Source: Moniliella sp. 'wahieum'
Taxonomy: Eukaryota
DNA length: 64,000 bases
Reading direction: 5' to 3'
NCBI GenBank assembly: GCA_003971905.1
Contig: RSEE01000132.1
Coordinates: forward strand, 1 to 64,000
The notes under the pieces were generated by a model, which was given only the letters and a program-made list of their open reading frames with translations, made no database searches and was not told the origin of the DNA. Position 1 is the stretch's first letter. Each line of letters starts with the position of its first letter. Shown piece after piece: positions 11,126 through 23,800 of the stretch. A program made the translations under genes and the position numbers.

Positions 11126-14100
11126 TCACAGACACAACCGGAGCCTCACGCGCCAAATGGCGGTTCTTGGCCCGGATGGGCAAAGCTCAAATTGGGCGTA
11201 CTGGGCTGGGTGACGCCCGGGGTAGCCCCCGGGGTGCGCATCCAGCGACTGCCCAACGACATGCCTCCCATGGCAAATGGGTTGTCCGGGGGAACGGCCG
11301 GGGTACTTGCGTCCCATGCCCCCCCAAACCCAGGTGGGAGGAAGGAGGACCAGAACGTTTCGCTCAGCAACTGTTCACTTGGTTCGTCTTCTTCCCGTGC
11401 GCCTGGCATGCGGGAAGCCGAGTGTAAATTGCGCCGCTTCCGCCGGCTGCATCGTCGGACTGGCAGCGCGCGAGGCGAGCCGCGAAGCAGGTCGGGTAGG
11501 GGGACGCGAATGCAATAGCGATTGCGATTGCGATTGGGCAGCGACCAGGGCAGCGACAATGCTATTGGCGTGGGCGCCCGTGGTGCGTTTGGTGCTGTGG
11601 GGCGTGTGGGGCGAGGCGGCGCGGGGAACGGTGGGCGTGGTAGCGTTGGACACTGACGGCTGGGTACGGTCCGAGTGACTTTGCACGAGCATACGAAGAA
11701 AGGTGGCGTAGAGGTAGGGCGTGTGGGTCGGTCCAACAGCGAGCGATTGGAGAAAGTTGGCCGTGTGGCTGACCAACCGGAGCAAGTGCGCTTCGTCGCT
11801 GTACGCGGCAAACGCCGGCTGGAGCAACTTGAGCAAAAACACCACGCATATGCCACCATGACAAACTGGCTGTCGGGCGCATAGCGCAAGTCGCGGCCCA
11901 ACAGACACGCCGCTTTGATGATTCCCTTGGCCGCATGCAGACAACGCGAATAGTACGTCGGCGTGTCGAGGCCCGTGCTGGTTGGGTGGTCCAGAGCATG
12001 TTGCAGCCCAAACGAGTTGAGCAACAGGACGGCATAGTGGTACCGCACCGGACCTTGGCGGATCAGAAAGTAGAGCGCCCGCTGAATGTAATCGGCATTC
12101 TCGGGGGGCGAATCCGCCTCCACATCCGGTTCCTCCCCCAACAGACGCAGGATCAACCTTTCCTCCTCGATCCGATTCTCCGACTCGGCCGGCTCTTGCT
12201 CTGGGCCAGGCTCTCGCTCTTGCTCGTGCCCAGGTTCCCGCTCGTGTTCGTGCTCTTGCTCGTGCTTCTCTCCATGCTGGGGCTCATGCTGGGGCTCATG
12301 TTCATGCTCATGCTCAGGCTCAGGCCCATGTTCACGTTCATGCTCATGTTCATGTTCATGCTTATGCTCATGTTCATCTTTATGCTCATGTTCATGTTCA
12401 TGTTCATGCTCGTGCTCATGGCCTTGACCTGAATCTTGGCCGTGCCCGCTTCCCGACGCGTTCTGGGCCGGTGTACTACGTTCCCCCTCGGCCGGCATGG
12501 GCGCCGTGCGCTCGACGCCAGCTGGGGTTGGTTCCTTGGTTGGCTCCGGAGCAGCGTGGCGCAGAGCACGATAATGCTGCATCAATCATCAAAGCGCCAG
12601 ACCTCCTTCCACTCTTCCAGCTGCTGGTTAAAGATCTTGAGCACAGACGGGTAATCAATATCGAGGTGCAAACCCGACACGGACGTGGTAGAAGAATAGA
12701 GAAAGTCCATTTGACGCGACTGGATTCGCTGCAGCTCCACCAGCCCCGAGATGCCCACGTCCCAAGGGCGCGAGTGGCGTTGCATGCACCACGGACGCGA
12801 GTTGCGAATCAGCCAGTCTTCCCGAACACTGTACGCCTTGCCCATCTGCGCGGCAAACCCACGGTCGATGGTAAAGCACACGTACCACGTACGTTCGCGG
12901 TTCAGCAGTTCCCGTTCCCGCTCCGCATCGTCCTCTTGCGGGCCCATGACTTTGCGGTCCAGGTTCAAGTCCGTGGCCATGCGGATGGCCAAGCCCGAGA
13001 ACATCCACGCCGTATCTTGCTCAAACTTGGCCGACGGCTCGCCCCACAGCGACAACAACAAGAAAGCCTGCACAATTTCCACCGATTTGAACCCGTGTTC
13101 GAGCGAGACAAAGGCGCATTGCTTGGCGTACTTGAGAGCTTGCGCATGCAGCTCGGGCCGCGCAGCATAGAAGCGCGACGCAACCGCCAAGATGGCCGTG
13201 AAGAGGAACGGAGACCGGGCACAGACAAAGGTAGGTGTGTGCCAGTCCGGGTCGAGCAAAAAGGCATACTGCATGCAATGCACAAAGAAAATCCGAAACA
13301 GTTCCACCACCTCCTCACTGTCCACCACCCATCTTGCAAAATCTCAGGCGGCATCTCCCGTTCAATCGCAATCTGACGCAAGGGTAGAATGGAGATGGTC
13401 GACGGCTTAAAGTACGTCGAATTGGCCACGCCCAACGGGATCTCCTCGTCCCCAGCCAGAGAGGGCACCACGTCGGGACCCGCACCGCCCGATGCGGCCG
13501 CAGCAGCGGCAGCAGCAGCGGTAGACGCGCTGTAGCTCGGCGAATTGCTCGGCCCATCAGACACACTGGCGGGAGGGTTGCTGTCTATGCGCGTGACCGA
13601 GTGCCACGGTGCTTGCGACGGGACCGCTGGGCGTTGTGCAGACTGGCCTCGGCCAAGAGCCCTAGTGGGTTGAGCGTGTTGTCGGGCAACGCATGCAGAC
13701 GCGGCGACGTGGTGCGCGAGTGGTTGTCCCGGCCCTTGCGTGAGGGGGCGGCTTGGTACGGCTTGAGGCGGTCCTTGAGGCTCGCTCGCCGATCCCCGCT
13801 GTCCCCGCCGTTGGAGCCGGCCGATTGGCCCGAGGTGTTGGACAGCACCGAATCGCCGCCATTGGTAGAGGGGGAGTGGAGATGGGGCATGGGCTCGGCA
13901 AAGCGCAAGTCGGGGTGGCGGGGTCGTGCCCGAGCGCGGACGCTTCTGCATCGTCGAAGTCAAGGTGGGCCGGGGCACAAATGCCGGCGGAGCAAAGTCT
14001 GGGCGCCGGGGGGGCAGGTTCAGTCAACGCCGGATCAACGGGAGGCCACGACGCGGCGGCGGCGGGCCGGTGGCCGCCGCTGCAGCCGCTGCTGCTGCTG

Positions 14101-14881
14101 CGCCGCCGCCGCCGCCGCGGCTGGGTCGACAAGGTTGGACAGGCCCGGCGGCGGCGGCTGAGCTAGCTGCTGCTGGAGCGGCTGCTGAGCGGCTCTGCTG
14201 GGTCGTTGCGGCGGCTGGGGTGGTGCGTGGGGCTGCGGCTGCGGCTCCGGCGGGAAGAGGCCGGGCGGGGGCATGTGCTGCTGGCTGAGCACGTGCGGGG
14301 GCAGGGTGGTGTTTGGAGGAGTGGAGGGACTGGAGGACGGTGGCCAGCGTCTGCTCCATCTTCTGCAGCGACGCGGCCATGGCCTCGGTGCGCTGGCTCT
14401 TGGTGCCCTTGCGGCGGCGGTTGGACTCTTCAAACACACACGCATGGTTCGACGCCTTCGCACACAGGGCGGGCCGTCCTCGGCGCCGAGGCAGCGCATC
14501 TTGAGGCGGCGGCAGTGGAGGCAGGCGCGCTGGGAGCGCTTCTGCTTGGCAGGCTTGTCCTTGGCGGCGGCCTTGGAGGTGGAGGGGCTGGGCTTGGAGG
14601 CGAGGCGGGGCGCTTGTTGCGCGGCGCGGCGTCGGGCGCGGCGGCGGCGGCATCGGGGGGGCAGCGGCGGCGGCCGAGGCGTCTCGCTGGCTGGGCGCGA
14701 GCGAGTCGGAGTCGGAGCCGGAGCGGAGTCGGAGTCGGAGCCGGACGCGGAGCCGGACGCGGAGGCGAGCGCGGGGAGCAGCGGCAGCGGCAGCGGCAGC
14801 GGCAGCGATGCGCCTGTGCGTGCTGGCGGCGGCCAGGCCCGACGGGCCGGCTGGGCCGGAGGTGTGGCCGGGGAAGGACAT
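11126..14881 (-). CDS. Zn(II)2Cys6 transcription factor with fungal-specific TF domain, PriB-like
   Basis: RACLHCRRLKMRC...PPC..C....HACVFEESNR; NPLGLLAEASL; GVANSTYFKP; central RSPFLFTAILAVASRF...AIRMATDLNL...RERTWYVCFTIDR. Confidence 0.85.
12235..12421 (-). repeat. (His-Glu)n coding hexamer repeat inside the transcription factor
   Basis: catgtt/catgct hexamers; translation HEHEHEHEHEHEHKDEHEHKHEHEHEHE. Confidence 0.9.
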
Positions 14882-15268
14882 GGTGGGTGCACTCCGGTTC
14901 GTGCTGTGGCCCGGGGCCGGATGGCCGGAGCGGGAGCGCCCGCCGCTGCGCCTGCTGACATCAGCCCCGCTCACGTCAGCGTCTCGTCCGGGCCAGCCTG
15001 GGCCACGTGGCCGAGGATCGATGATCGGTGGCCGCCTGCCGAGTCCCGCCGCCCGGTACGGCACGAGGCTGAACATTTGACAACGCGACACGCCGCGCGC
15101 AGACAACGCGCAGCCATACGAGTCACTGGTCACCAGTCACGCGTCACTCCGCCAGACGCAGGGACGCGTCGCGGACGGCGGTTGGGGAGTACACGCGCGT
15201 TTTCCCTCCGCTGGTCCGCCGCGCGCTCTTCCCCTCTGCCCCACCACCACCTCCCCCTCTCTCCTCCC

Positions 15269-18200
15269 ATGGGCAAGCAGAGCTCCCTCTTCGGCTTCTT
15301 TGCCGCCGCCAAGGCGCCTCCTCCCCCCGCCGCCGTCCAACCCCCGCCCCCGCCGACACCAACGCGGAGACCAAGGCGGAGACCAAGGCGGAGACCAAGG
15401 CGGAGACCAAGGCGGAGACCAAGGCGGAGACCAAGCGCGAGACCAAGGCGGAGACCAAGGCGGAGACCAAGGCGGAGACCAAGACCCAGACCAAAGCTAG
15501 TGCCAAGGCCAAGGCTAACACCAAGGCCAAGACCAGCACCAAGGCCAAGACCAGCACCAAGGCCAAGACCAACACCAAGACAGTCGCGCGTCCCTGCCCA
15601 ATCCAAGCCCACTCCCAAGCCCACTCCCAAGCCCACTTCCACCCCCTCGACCGGTCCAACTCCCCCCCGGTCCAACCGACGAGATGGACATTGACGCGTC
15701 TTCCCCCCCGCCGCTTTCCGCCACCGCCACCGCCGCGACCACGACCGCGCTCGCCCCCTCCCCACCCCCGCCATCCCACCTCTCCCCACCGCTGCTTCCC
15801 CCGCCGCGTCAGAGGAAGACATTCCTGGTGTCGTACGTATTCCCCCTCCCCACGTTGTGCTCGCTTGCTCCGTGCCGTCTAACATGCCCTGCTTAGCGTC
15901 GCACCCGTCGTCGCGTGATCAATTATGTCGAGTCGGACGCGTCCGACTCGGACGATGCCCCGGCGCCCAAACGGGCCAAACTGGCGCGCGGCGGCCGCGC
16001 CGTGCGCGGTCGGAATCGGAAGAAGACGACTTTGCTCCGTCGGACAGCAGCGCCAGTGACAATGAGAGCGAGGTGGCTTCGGCGTCGCCTTCGGCGTCGG
16101 AAGCCGAGTCGGCATCGTCTGAACCTGAATCCGAACCGGAATTCTCCATTGCCATCACCAGAAGAAGGGTAAGGGTAGGGAAAGAGCACGCTGTCTGCTG
16201 CGCGACCGCAGTCGCGCTCGCGCGTTCCTCCCTCTGGCGCGGGTAGACCGAGTGGGTCGCCGCCACGCGAGGCAGGTCGGACAGTGGTAGTCAAGGGCAA
16301 AGCGAATGACCAACCGTTTGCCTTTCTCCATCCTCCGCGCGACAAGGACGGCAATGTGCGTGGTTCGGCGGCGTACGATCCGTACGCTGCTCATCCCCGT
16401 CGGCCTGACGAGCATGACGCCGTTTGAGCGGCAATTTTGGCAATTGAAGCAGGCCGGTTTGATACCGTCTTGTTTATTCAAAAGGGTAACTTTTACGAAC
16501 TGTACGAGGACGATGCTACGCTAGGCCACCAAGTGCTCGATCTCAAGTTGGTCGATGCGCCCAAGATGCGCATGGTGGGTACCGGAAAAAAGTTACGAAG
16601 GGTTTGCAGCCAAACTCCTCGGCTTGGGATACAAGTGTGGGCAGGGTGGACCAGGACGAGACGGGCGTCGGACGCGATGTCCGCACAGCCCAAGTCAAGG
16701 GCAAACCATTGTCCAGCGCACCTTGCCCACGTGTTGACCAGTGGCACGATTGTCGAACCGTCAGCATTGCAAGATGATTTGAACAGCTACTGTCTTGCCA
16801 TCTGCCAGCGCCGCAGGGCAGCGGCATCGGCGTTGTACTCTGGACGCGGCCACGGCCGAGTTCCGTTTGGCCAGCCTCCCGGACGAGGCGGGGCTGGAAC
16901 TGCTTGCTCCGCTCGTTCCGGATCAAGGAGGTGTTATTGGAAAAGGGGCGAGCGAGACCACGCTGCGTTTGGTCCGCGCTTGTCTCCCGCCTTCGGCCCA
17001 ACTGATCCAACTTACCAGCGGAGACGAGTTCCCTTCCCCCGCCATGGCCAGCGAGGTCCTGCGCACGTTTTTCCCCGATGCGCTTCCCCCGGGGTACGCG
17101 ACACGGTGCAGGCGGATACACCCGAGCCTCTGGCCGCACTGGGTGCGATGCTTTTGTACCTCCGTTCGCTCAATTTGGACCAGGACTTGCTGGCGACAAC
17201 TTTGGTCCGCTGCTATGGCAAGGTGATCGGATGGAGTTGGATGCCCAGACATTGACTCACCTCAACATCTTGACCAACGACCAGGGTACGGACGAAGGCA
17301 CGTTGCATGCGTTGCTCAACCACTGTCAATTGCCCTGGGGCAAGCGGCTGCTGCGGCATTGGCTCTTGCATCCGCTTCGGGACATTGGCCAACTCAACCA
17401 GCGCCTGGACGCCGTGCAAGATTTGTTGATGGACGATGATTTCCACCAGGCCTGGGCCACATTTGCACGCACGTTGCCCGATGTGGAACGGGTGGTAGCG
17501 CGCATCCGTGCTGGGCGGGCCAAGCCACGGGAATTTGTTGCGTTGCTCGAAGCGTTGGGCGGGTGGACGAGGCGGTGGAGCAATTGCGCACGTACGTACA
17601 GGACCACCATGGTACCCATGCCATCGAACACATCTTGGCTTCCGTCCCCTCCTTGGCACAGGTCGTGCTTCCCTGCGCGACCAATTTACCATTGCGCCCG
17701 ACCTGGGCTTTGATCCGGTCCCCGGCACTGACGATGCGTACGACCAAGCTCAGGCTCACCTTGCCACGCTCGAAGAGGAACTGGACACGTTACTCGACAC
17801 GATTGCCAGCGAACTCAAGTTGGCCCGGACCAAGGTGCAGTACCGCCATAGTGGGACCAAGGAGATTTACCAGGTCGAAGTGCCGCGCAGCACCAAGGTC
17901 CCTCCCAACTGGATCCTCCTGGGCCAGACCAAGGACAAAGCGCGTCACTACCCACCCGCGGTCAAGCAACGTGTCCAAGCCTTGCAGCATGCGAGGGAAG
18001 CTCGCTTGGCCAGCCTCACGCAGTTCCGACTGCGCTTGTTTGACCAACTCGCCACATTGGCCCCGACCATCCTGCTGGCTGCCACCCACTTGGGCCAAGT
18101 CGACTGTCTCGTCTCCTTGGCAAGGGCCAGCGACGCAATGGGCTCAACCGTACGACCCACCCTGGTCCAAGCGGACGAAGCGCTGGTGGAGCTGACGCAG

Positions 18201-19193
18201 GTACGTCACCCCACCCTGGCTACCAAGAGCACCTTTGTGCCCAACGACGTCTCCCTTGGTGGGAAGGCGGAAGATGTGATGCTTCTCACGGGCGGCAATA
18301 TGGCCGGTAAGTCCACCTTGGCCCGCACCGCCGCCACCGCCGTTCTGCTCGCTCAAATCGGTTGCTTTGTCCCGGCTGAAAGGGCCGTCGTGGCGCCCGT
18401 GGACCGGATCGCGTCCCGAATGGGCGCAAACGACCAACTCTTCCACCGCCAGTCTACCTTTATGGTCGAATGATGGAGGCTTCTCGGGTACGTTTTTTTC
18501 GCTCCCCTGGGAAATTTGGTTCTGTCACATGGATTGGCTTGGGGCTATGTCCTGCTCTTGTGGCCCGGGCACGCAAGACGACACGCTGATGGCTGGCTTA
18601 CTGACAACACTCTTTGGTTACTTGTTTTGTTTGGTTTGATGGTTGGTTTGGTGGGGCGGTGGAACGGATAGATTGTGGCGCAAAGCACGCCGCGTTCGTT
18701 GGTCATTCTGGATGAGTTGGGACGCGGGACATCGACGTACGATGGCCAAGCGATTGCCTATGCCGTGCTGCACCACCTCTTGGCCGCACGCGATGCCGAG
18801 GCTTCTTTTTGACGCACTATGCTGCGCTCGCACGCGCGTTTGCGCGTACCCGCGCGTCGCTAACCGACACATGCGCGTGCTGGTCGAGCCAGGACAGGAC
18901 GACGTGGCGTTCACCTACCAGTTGGTCCCGGGCATTGCTCAAGCAGTTACGGTACCCAAGTTGCTCGTCTGGCCGGGTGGATCGCTCGATCACCCACCAT
19001 GCCCACCAGGTCAGCACCCAGTTCCAACGTGTCTCTGAACCCGACACGCACACGCCCAGCCCCGTTCAGGCCTGCACCCTTCCGACTTTGCCTTTCTTGT
19101 GCGCCTGGCTACCGAGGGCGAGCAGGCGTGCGTCGCACAGCTCGACTCGTCCGACAAGCTGTCCTCGCGCTCCCGCTTCTCCCACCACCCTGA
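15269..19193 (+). CDS. MSH6: DNA mismatch repair protein MSH6 (MutS family); introns near 15834-15897 and 18488-18671; many indels
   Basis: N-terminal PIP box [23 protein letters not shown]...[15 protein letters not shown]; Walker [47 protein letters not shown]. Confidence 0.92.
15366..15481 (+). repeat. 12-bp tandem repeat (ggagaccaaggc) in the MSH6 N-terminal region
   Basis: About 9-10 near-perfect copies followed by degenerate ccaaggccaaga units. Confidence 0.95.
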
Positions 19194-19208
19194 GCACGTC
19201 GAAGCAGA

Positions 19209-20400
19209 GTGCCGTTCGCCTGTCCCCTGCGGGAGGAACACCGAGTCGACGCCCAGGACGATAAGGACAACGACAACGCCAAGGATAACGACAAGGGCAA
19301 CGACAAGGACGCGACTCGTTTGTTGCCTGCGCGCGCCTCGTCGGCTCGCACGACCGACGAAGATGAGGACATGGCTGTATCCGAGTCCGAGTCCGTGTCG
19401 GCGTCCGTCTCCTCGCCTCAGACGCAAGGCGAAGAGATGCGGGCCTGGTCGCCGGGCACGGCGGACGAAGAAGAGGTGCGTGCGTCGTCGCCTCCCACGT
19501 CGCCTGTGGCCGGGGAGCGAGGCAGGGGCAATCCGCTGCTGACTGCGGCGGGGGGCAAGGCGCGAGCACAGACCAAGAGCCGGCCCGAACCCGACCCGCA
19601 ACGCAATCGCTCCTCCTGGCGCCTGGGACCAAGACGTGCAAGGAGTGTGGCATGGCGTACGACGCGGTGAACAAGCAAGACGCGGCGCTGCACCAGGCCT
19701 TCCACACACGCATGACGCAGGGTCTGCGCTGGCCCGCACGCTGGACTGCCGCAGCCGAGGCGCAAGCGGCGGACGCAGCGCCCGACACGACCATCCTGGT
19801 CTACCCGCTCAAGATGGCAGGCGAGGTGGGCAAGGCGGTGGGGGAGGTGGTGGCGATGATGGACGAGGCGCTAGGCGCGGCGCCGGTGGCGGAGGAGGTG
19901 CGGTGCGGGGGGAAGGTGCTGGTGGCGCGGCGGCAGGGGCGGGTGGTGGGGGCGGCGCTGGTGGCGCCGGTGGCGGAGGGCGCGGCGCGGGAGGTGGTGA
20001 TGCGGGGGCGGGCGGGAGGAGGCAGCGGCCGAGGCGGCGCTGGAGGCGGTGCTGGTCGACCGCACGGCGCGGCGGTGTGGGGCGGCGGTGGGGGTGCACC
20101 GGATCTACGTGTGGCGGGCGCGCGCGGCAGGGGCTGGGGCAGCGGCTGCTGGATGCGGCGCTGGCGCACGGCGTGTATGGCCAGACGGCGGCCCAGACGC
20201 TGGCCAGCAGCGGGCTCCCACGCGCGCGCGCTCGCCTTCTCCCAGCCGACGGCCGCGGGGCGCCGCTGGCCCATCGCTGGATCGCCGCCCACGCCCGCTC
20301 TCCCCCCCCCGCCGAGCGGCGGACGCTGCTCGTGCTGAGCGAGGAGTCGGGGAGCATGCATTCATCTTTGCGACTGCGATTGCGATCGCCATGGCCGCCA
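19209..20400 (+). CDS. ECO1: Cohesin acetyltransferase Eco1/ESCO (C2H2 zinc finger + GNAT); first ATG at 19371, both ends approximate
   Basis: KTCKECGMAYDAVNKQDAALHQAFH; VGVHRIYVW..RQGLGQRLLDAA; LAFSQPTAAG. Confidence 0.85.
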
Positions 20401-20892
20401 TGGCCATGGCGTCGTGGCCGTCGTGGCCGTCGTGGGGGACGGATTGCAGACACGCAGGGGTGTGATGGGGCATACAGAGTGACAGGCAGTGATGGCAGTG
20501 TGATTGACGTGGCACAGGTCTGGTGCGGGCGGGCGCGACGCGACGGTGAGCGGGGGGGCGGGACGCAGACGGCGGCACGGGCCACTGCTGGCCGCTGCCA
20601 GCCGCGGCAGACGTGGCGCAGGCGGGGGCCGGGCACGGGGGCGCTTGGCCCATCCGCGCGCCGCCGTGGCTCGAGGCGCACTGCCGGCAGAAGCAGCGCG
20701 GCGTCCCCCTGCGTCCCCCGTGCATGCCCGGCGGAGCGCTGAACGCCAGCCGGCTGATGGGTGACGTCGCGGGCGCTGATTGCGTCCACAGCAGCATCGC
20801 GGCATGGCCGCTGCCATCCAACCCAACCCAGCCCATCGCCTCGCCATCGCCACCCCCACCGCCGCCACCGCCACCACCGCGTCCACTGGCCC

Positions 20893-23800
20893 ATGCCGTC
20901 CTCTGCGCTCGTGGCCAGCGCCTCGCGCCTCGCCCTCGCCCCCTCCATCTCCGCCACCTCCTCCGCCTCCCCTCCCGCCCACCGGCACCCGTGAGCTGGC
21001 CGACGTCCTCGCCGTCGCCAACCAGTCCGCCGCCGCGCTGGTCCGCGCCTACGGCTACTTCGACCTCCCCCAGGCGCTCCATCTCGAGCTCGACCCCCGC
21101 CACGTCGAGGCCCTCGTCCGCGTGTGCGGCGCCCAGCTCCGCCAGCGCGCCCTCGACACCCCGCTCATCTTCTCCTCCCTCGCCCTCGACCTGAGCCCGG
21201 CCGGATGCGTGTCGCTGCTGCGCGCACCTTTCTTGGCCTGCCCACCGGCCTCGACGCCTACCGACCCGGCGCACACCCCGCCGCCATCCACCCGGCCCTC
21301 CACCCGTCGACAAGCCCATCAGCCCCGCCTTTGCCCAGGAAGTCGCCTTTGCCAACCCCAACGACCTCGCCGCCCTCATCAAATGGAGCCTGAGCCGCAT
21401 CGGCAAGGTGATTGCCGTCCATGCCCCCCACCCTGGCCGGGCACCGAGCCACCAGGAGTGGCCTGCCGATCCGCAAACCCTCTACGTCCAACAGCGCGGC
21501 TTCCTCTCCTTGGACATGTACACCCAATGGAGCGCCGCCGAACGTCGTACGTGTTTCCGCCGCTCTTCACATTCCCCTCCCCCGCGCCCTCATCGCCCCC
21601 CCCACCACGCGCCCACCCCACGAGCGCAACTGACCTTCTCTTCCCCCCCCCCCTCTTTCTCCAGGCGCCGGCTTCCCCGACACTGCTTTGGGCTGTTTGT
21701 AACCCAGCTGCCGCCACATGAGCGCCAACTCCTGCTCACCCTCTTCTCCCTCCTCTCCTCCACCGTCTCCTACTCGCTCAAGAACGGCATGACCCCCTCC
21801 CGCATGGGCCGCACCTTTGGTCCCCTCCTCTTTGGTCTGCCGGAAGACGAGACGTTTAGCAAGACATATTCCGCCTACGTCAAGACGAGCAATGCGGCGG
21901 AACACTTGCTGCTCGCCTACATTCGTCAAGCTGGTTCCACCTCCTCCCTCCCCGTGCGTCTGGCCGAGCATGTGGCCGACTATGTGACGAGCATCAGCAA
22001 TGACCCCGCCACAGTCAAACCTCACATTCAACAGGCACCCTTAACCCTGATTGAATCCAACGTTCGCCTCTACAGCCCCGACCTGATCCAGACCGCTTGC
22101 CTTGCGCCGGTGCACAATTGTCCCGAGTGGACCGCTTGCCTGTCCACCTCCGACACGTTTGGACGGCTGCCTCAACTCTCCAACCGGTCGCGCAAACTGC
22201 TCAAATTCACCGGTGGCGTACAGGGCCTCCCCTTCTCTCCGCCCGTTGGCGGTGGGGGTTGGACCACTTGCAGAGCAAGACGGCCGTTCTGCCTGCTTCC
22301 TCGCTTGCCGAGGTGGAATGGGGCAATTCGCCTCGCTTGGGTTTGAAGAGACAGATGCAAGCAAGTTAAAGTTTGATCTTACCGAGTCGCAGCGCAAGAA
22401 TCGCCGGGAGCGGCCCAAGACGATGGTGTGGTCCGACTTTGAACATGCTGGCTTTATTGGGACCGAAAAGGAGGAGGACACGTTGGACTCGATCTTGGCC
22501 TTTGATGCGCAGCTCAAGTCCGGATTGGAAGAGCGGCCGGACGAACGAGCGGCGTTGATGCAACGCTTGAAAGATGCAGAAGCGTGCTTGCCCCCCTTTA
22601 CGTACCCGACCGAGCCCGTTGTCATCTCCTCGCCCTCCCGCCCGACCGGCGGCGTACCCCCCCAGTTTGACCCCATGTTTGCCGAGGTATGGGCAGATTA
22701 CCTGATTGGCAGCGGATGGAGCAACCGCGATGAACTGTCCCATCGCCCAGCCAACTTTGTGGTGGTGCAGTACAAAAGTGTCAAAACCCGTTCGTCCATT
22801 GCCGTGGGAGGAAAAGACGCAGAGGACTCGGACCCGCGCACCGAAGGCGCGTGGTTCGTGCTGTCCGAAGTGGTTCCTCAGGGCTACCGCAACGAGCTCG
22901 AGACATTTGATCGCAAACGTGAAAAATCGAGGCCCATGTTGCGCAAGTTCTCCTTATTCAAGCGCGGCAGGAAGTCCGGCGCCAAAGCTATCGATCCGGA
23001 CGATGTCTTCCAGCCAGGCAGTGGAGGCGGGACAAAAATGCTCAAGTTGTCGGACGAGCCACAATCGTCCAAAGACCCAAGTATGCTCCGGGTCAGCCCT
23101 ACTACCAGCTCTGTCTCACCACTGCCGTCGCCACGAACGACCCAGTCGTCTCTGTCCAAGCACTCTGTCTTGTCTGACACGACCAACCGCGACTTTGAAC
23201 CTCCCACGACGGGCAAAACCGCACGCCTGACCGCCGGGGGGACCAAGTTGATCTCTGCCATCAAGTCGCGCAGTTCCAATGGGAAGAACAAACATCTTCG
23301 TCCCTTGACACCCGGTAGCATTGAGTCCAACGAACACTTGCCCCACCCGCATTCGCCTGCCTCGTCGCTCGGCCACCGAGGCAAAGTGCGCCACGAGTCT
23401 GGCGTCGTGTCCGGTATGGCCTCCGTTGCGAACCGGCGCAAGCCACGGAAAGAAGCCGAATTCTCCACCGTCGACTTTGACACGGTTTCTGTCGCTGAGA
23501 TGGACCCTGCTACAGGCCGGCCTGTGGCGCGGGAAGACCGATGGGTGGATGTGCAAGTGCGGGCGGAACCGAGATCGTCCAATTCATCGGTACCGTCGGT
23601 GCCGCCCATGTCGCCTGCGCAGGGGGCAGTGCTACGCCCAAAGCCCGACGTCCCACCTTGGTCGTTGACCCGCCACAGGGGCCGAACTCCCTCGCTCCTC
23701 CCCTGCTTCCACCCAGCCTTCGCCCAGGATCGCCTCCCCTGCCTCGTCGGTCCCGACACGCTACCTCTCCCCCTGGCCCGTCCCCGGATCCCAGCCACAC

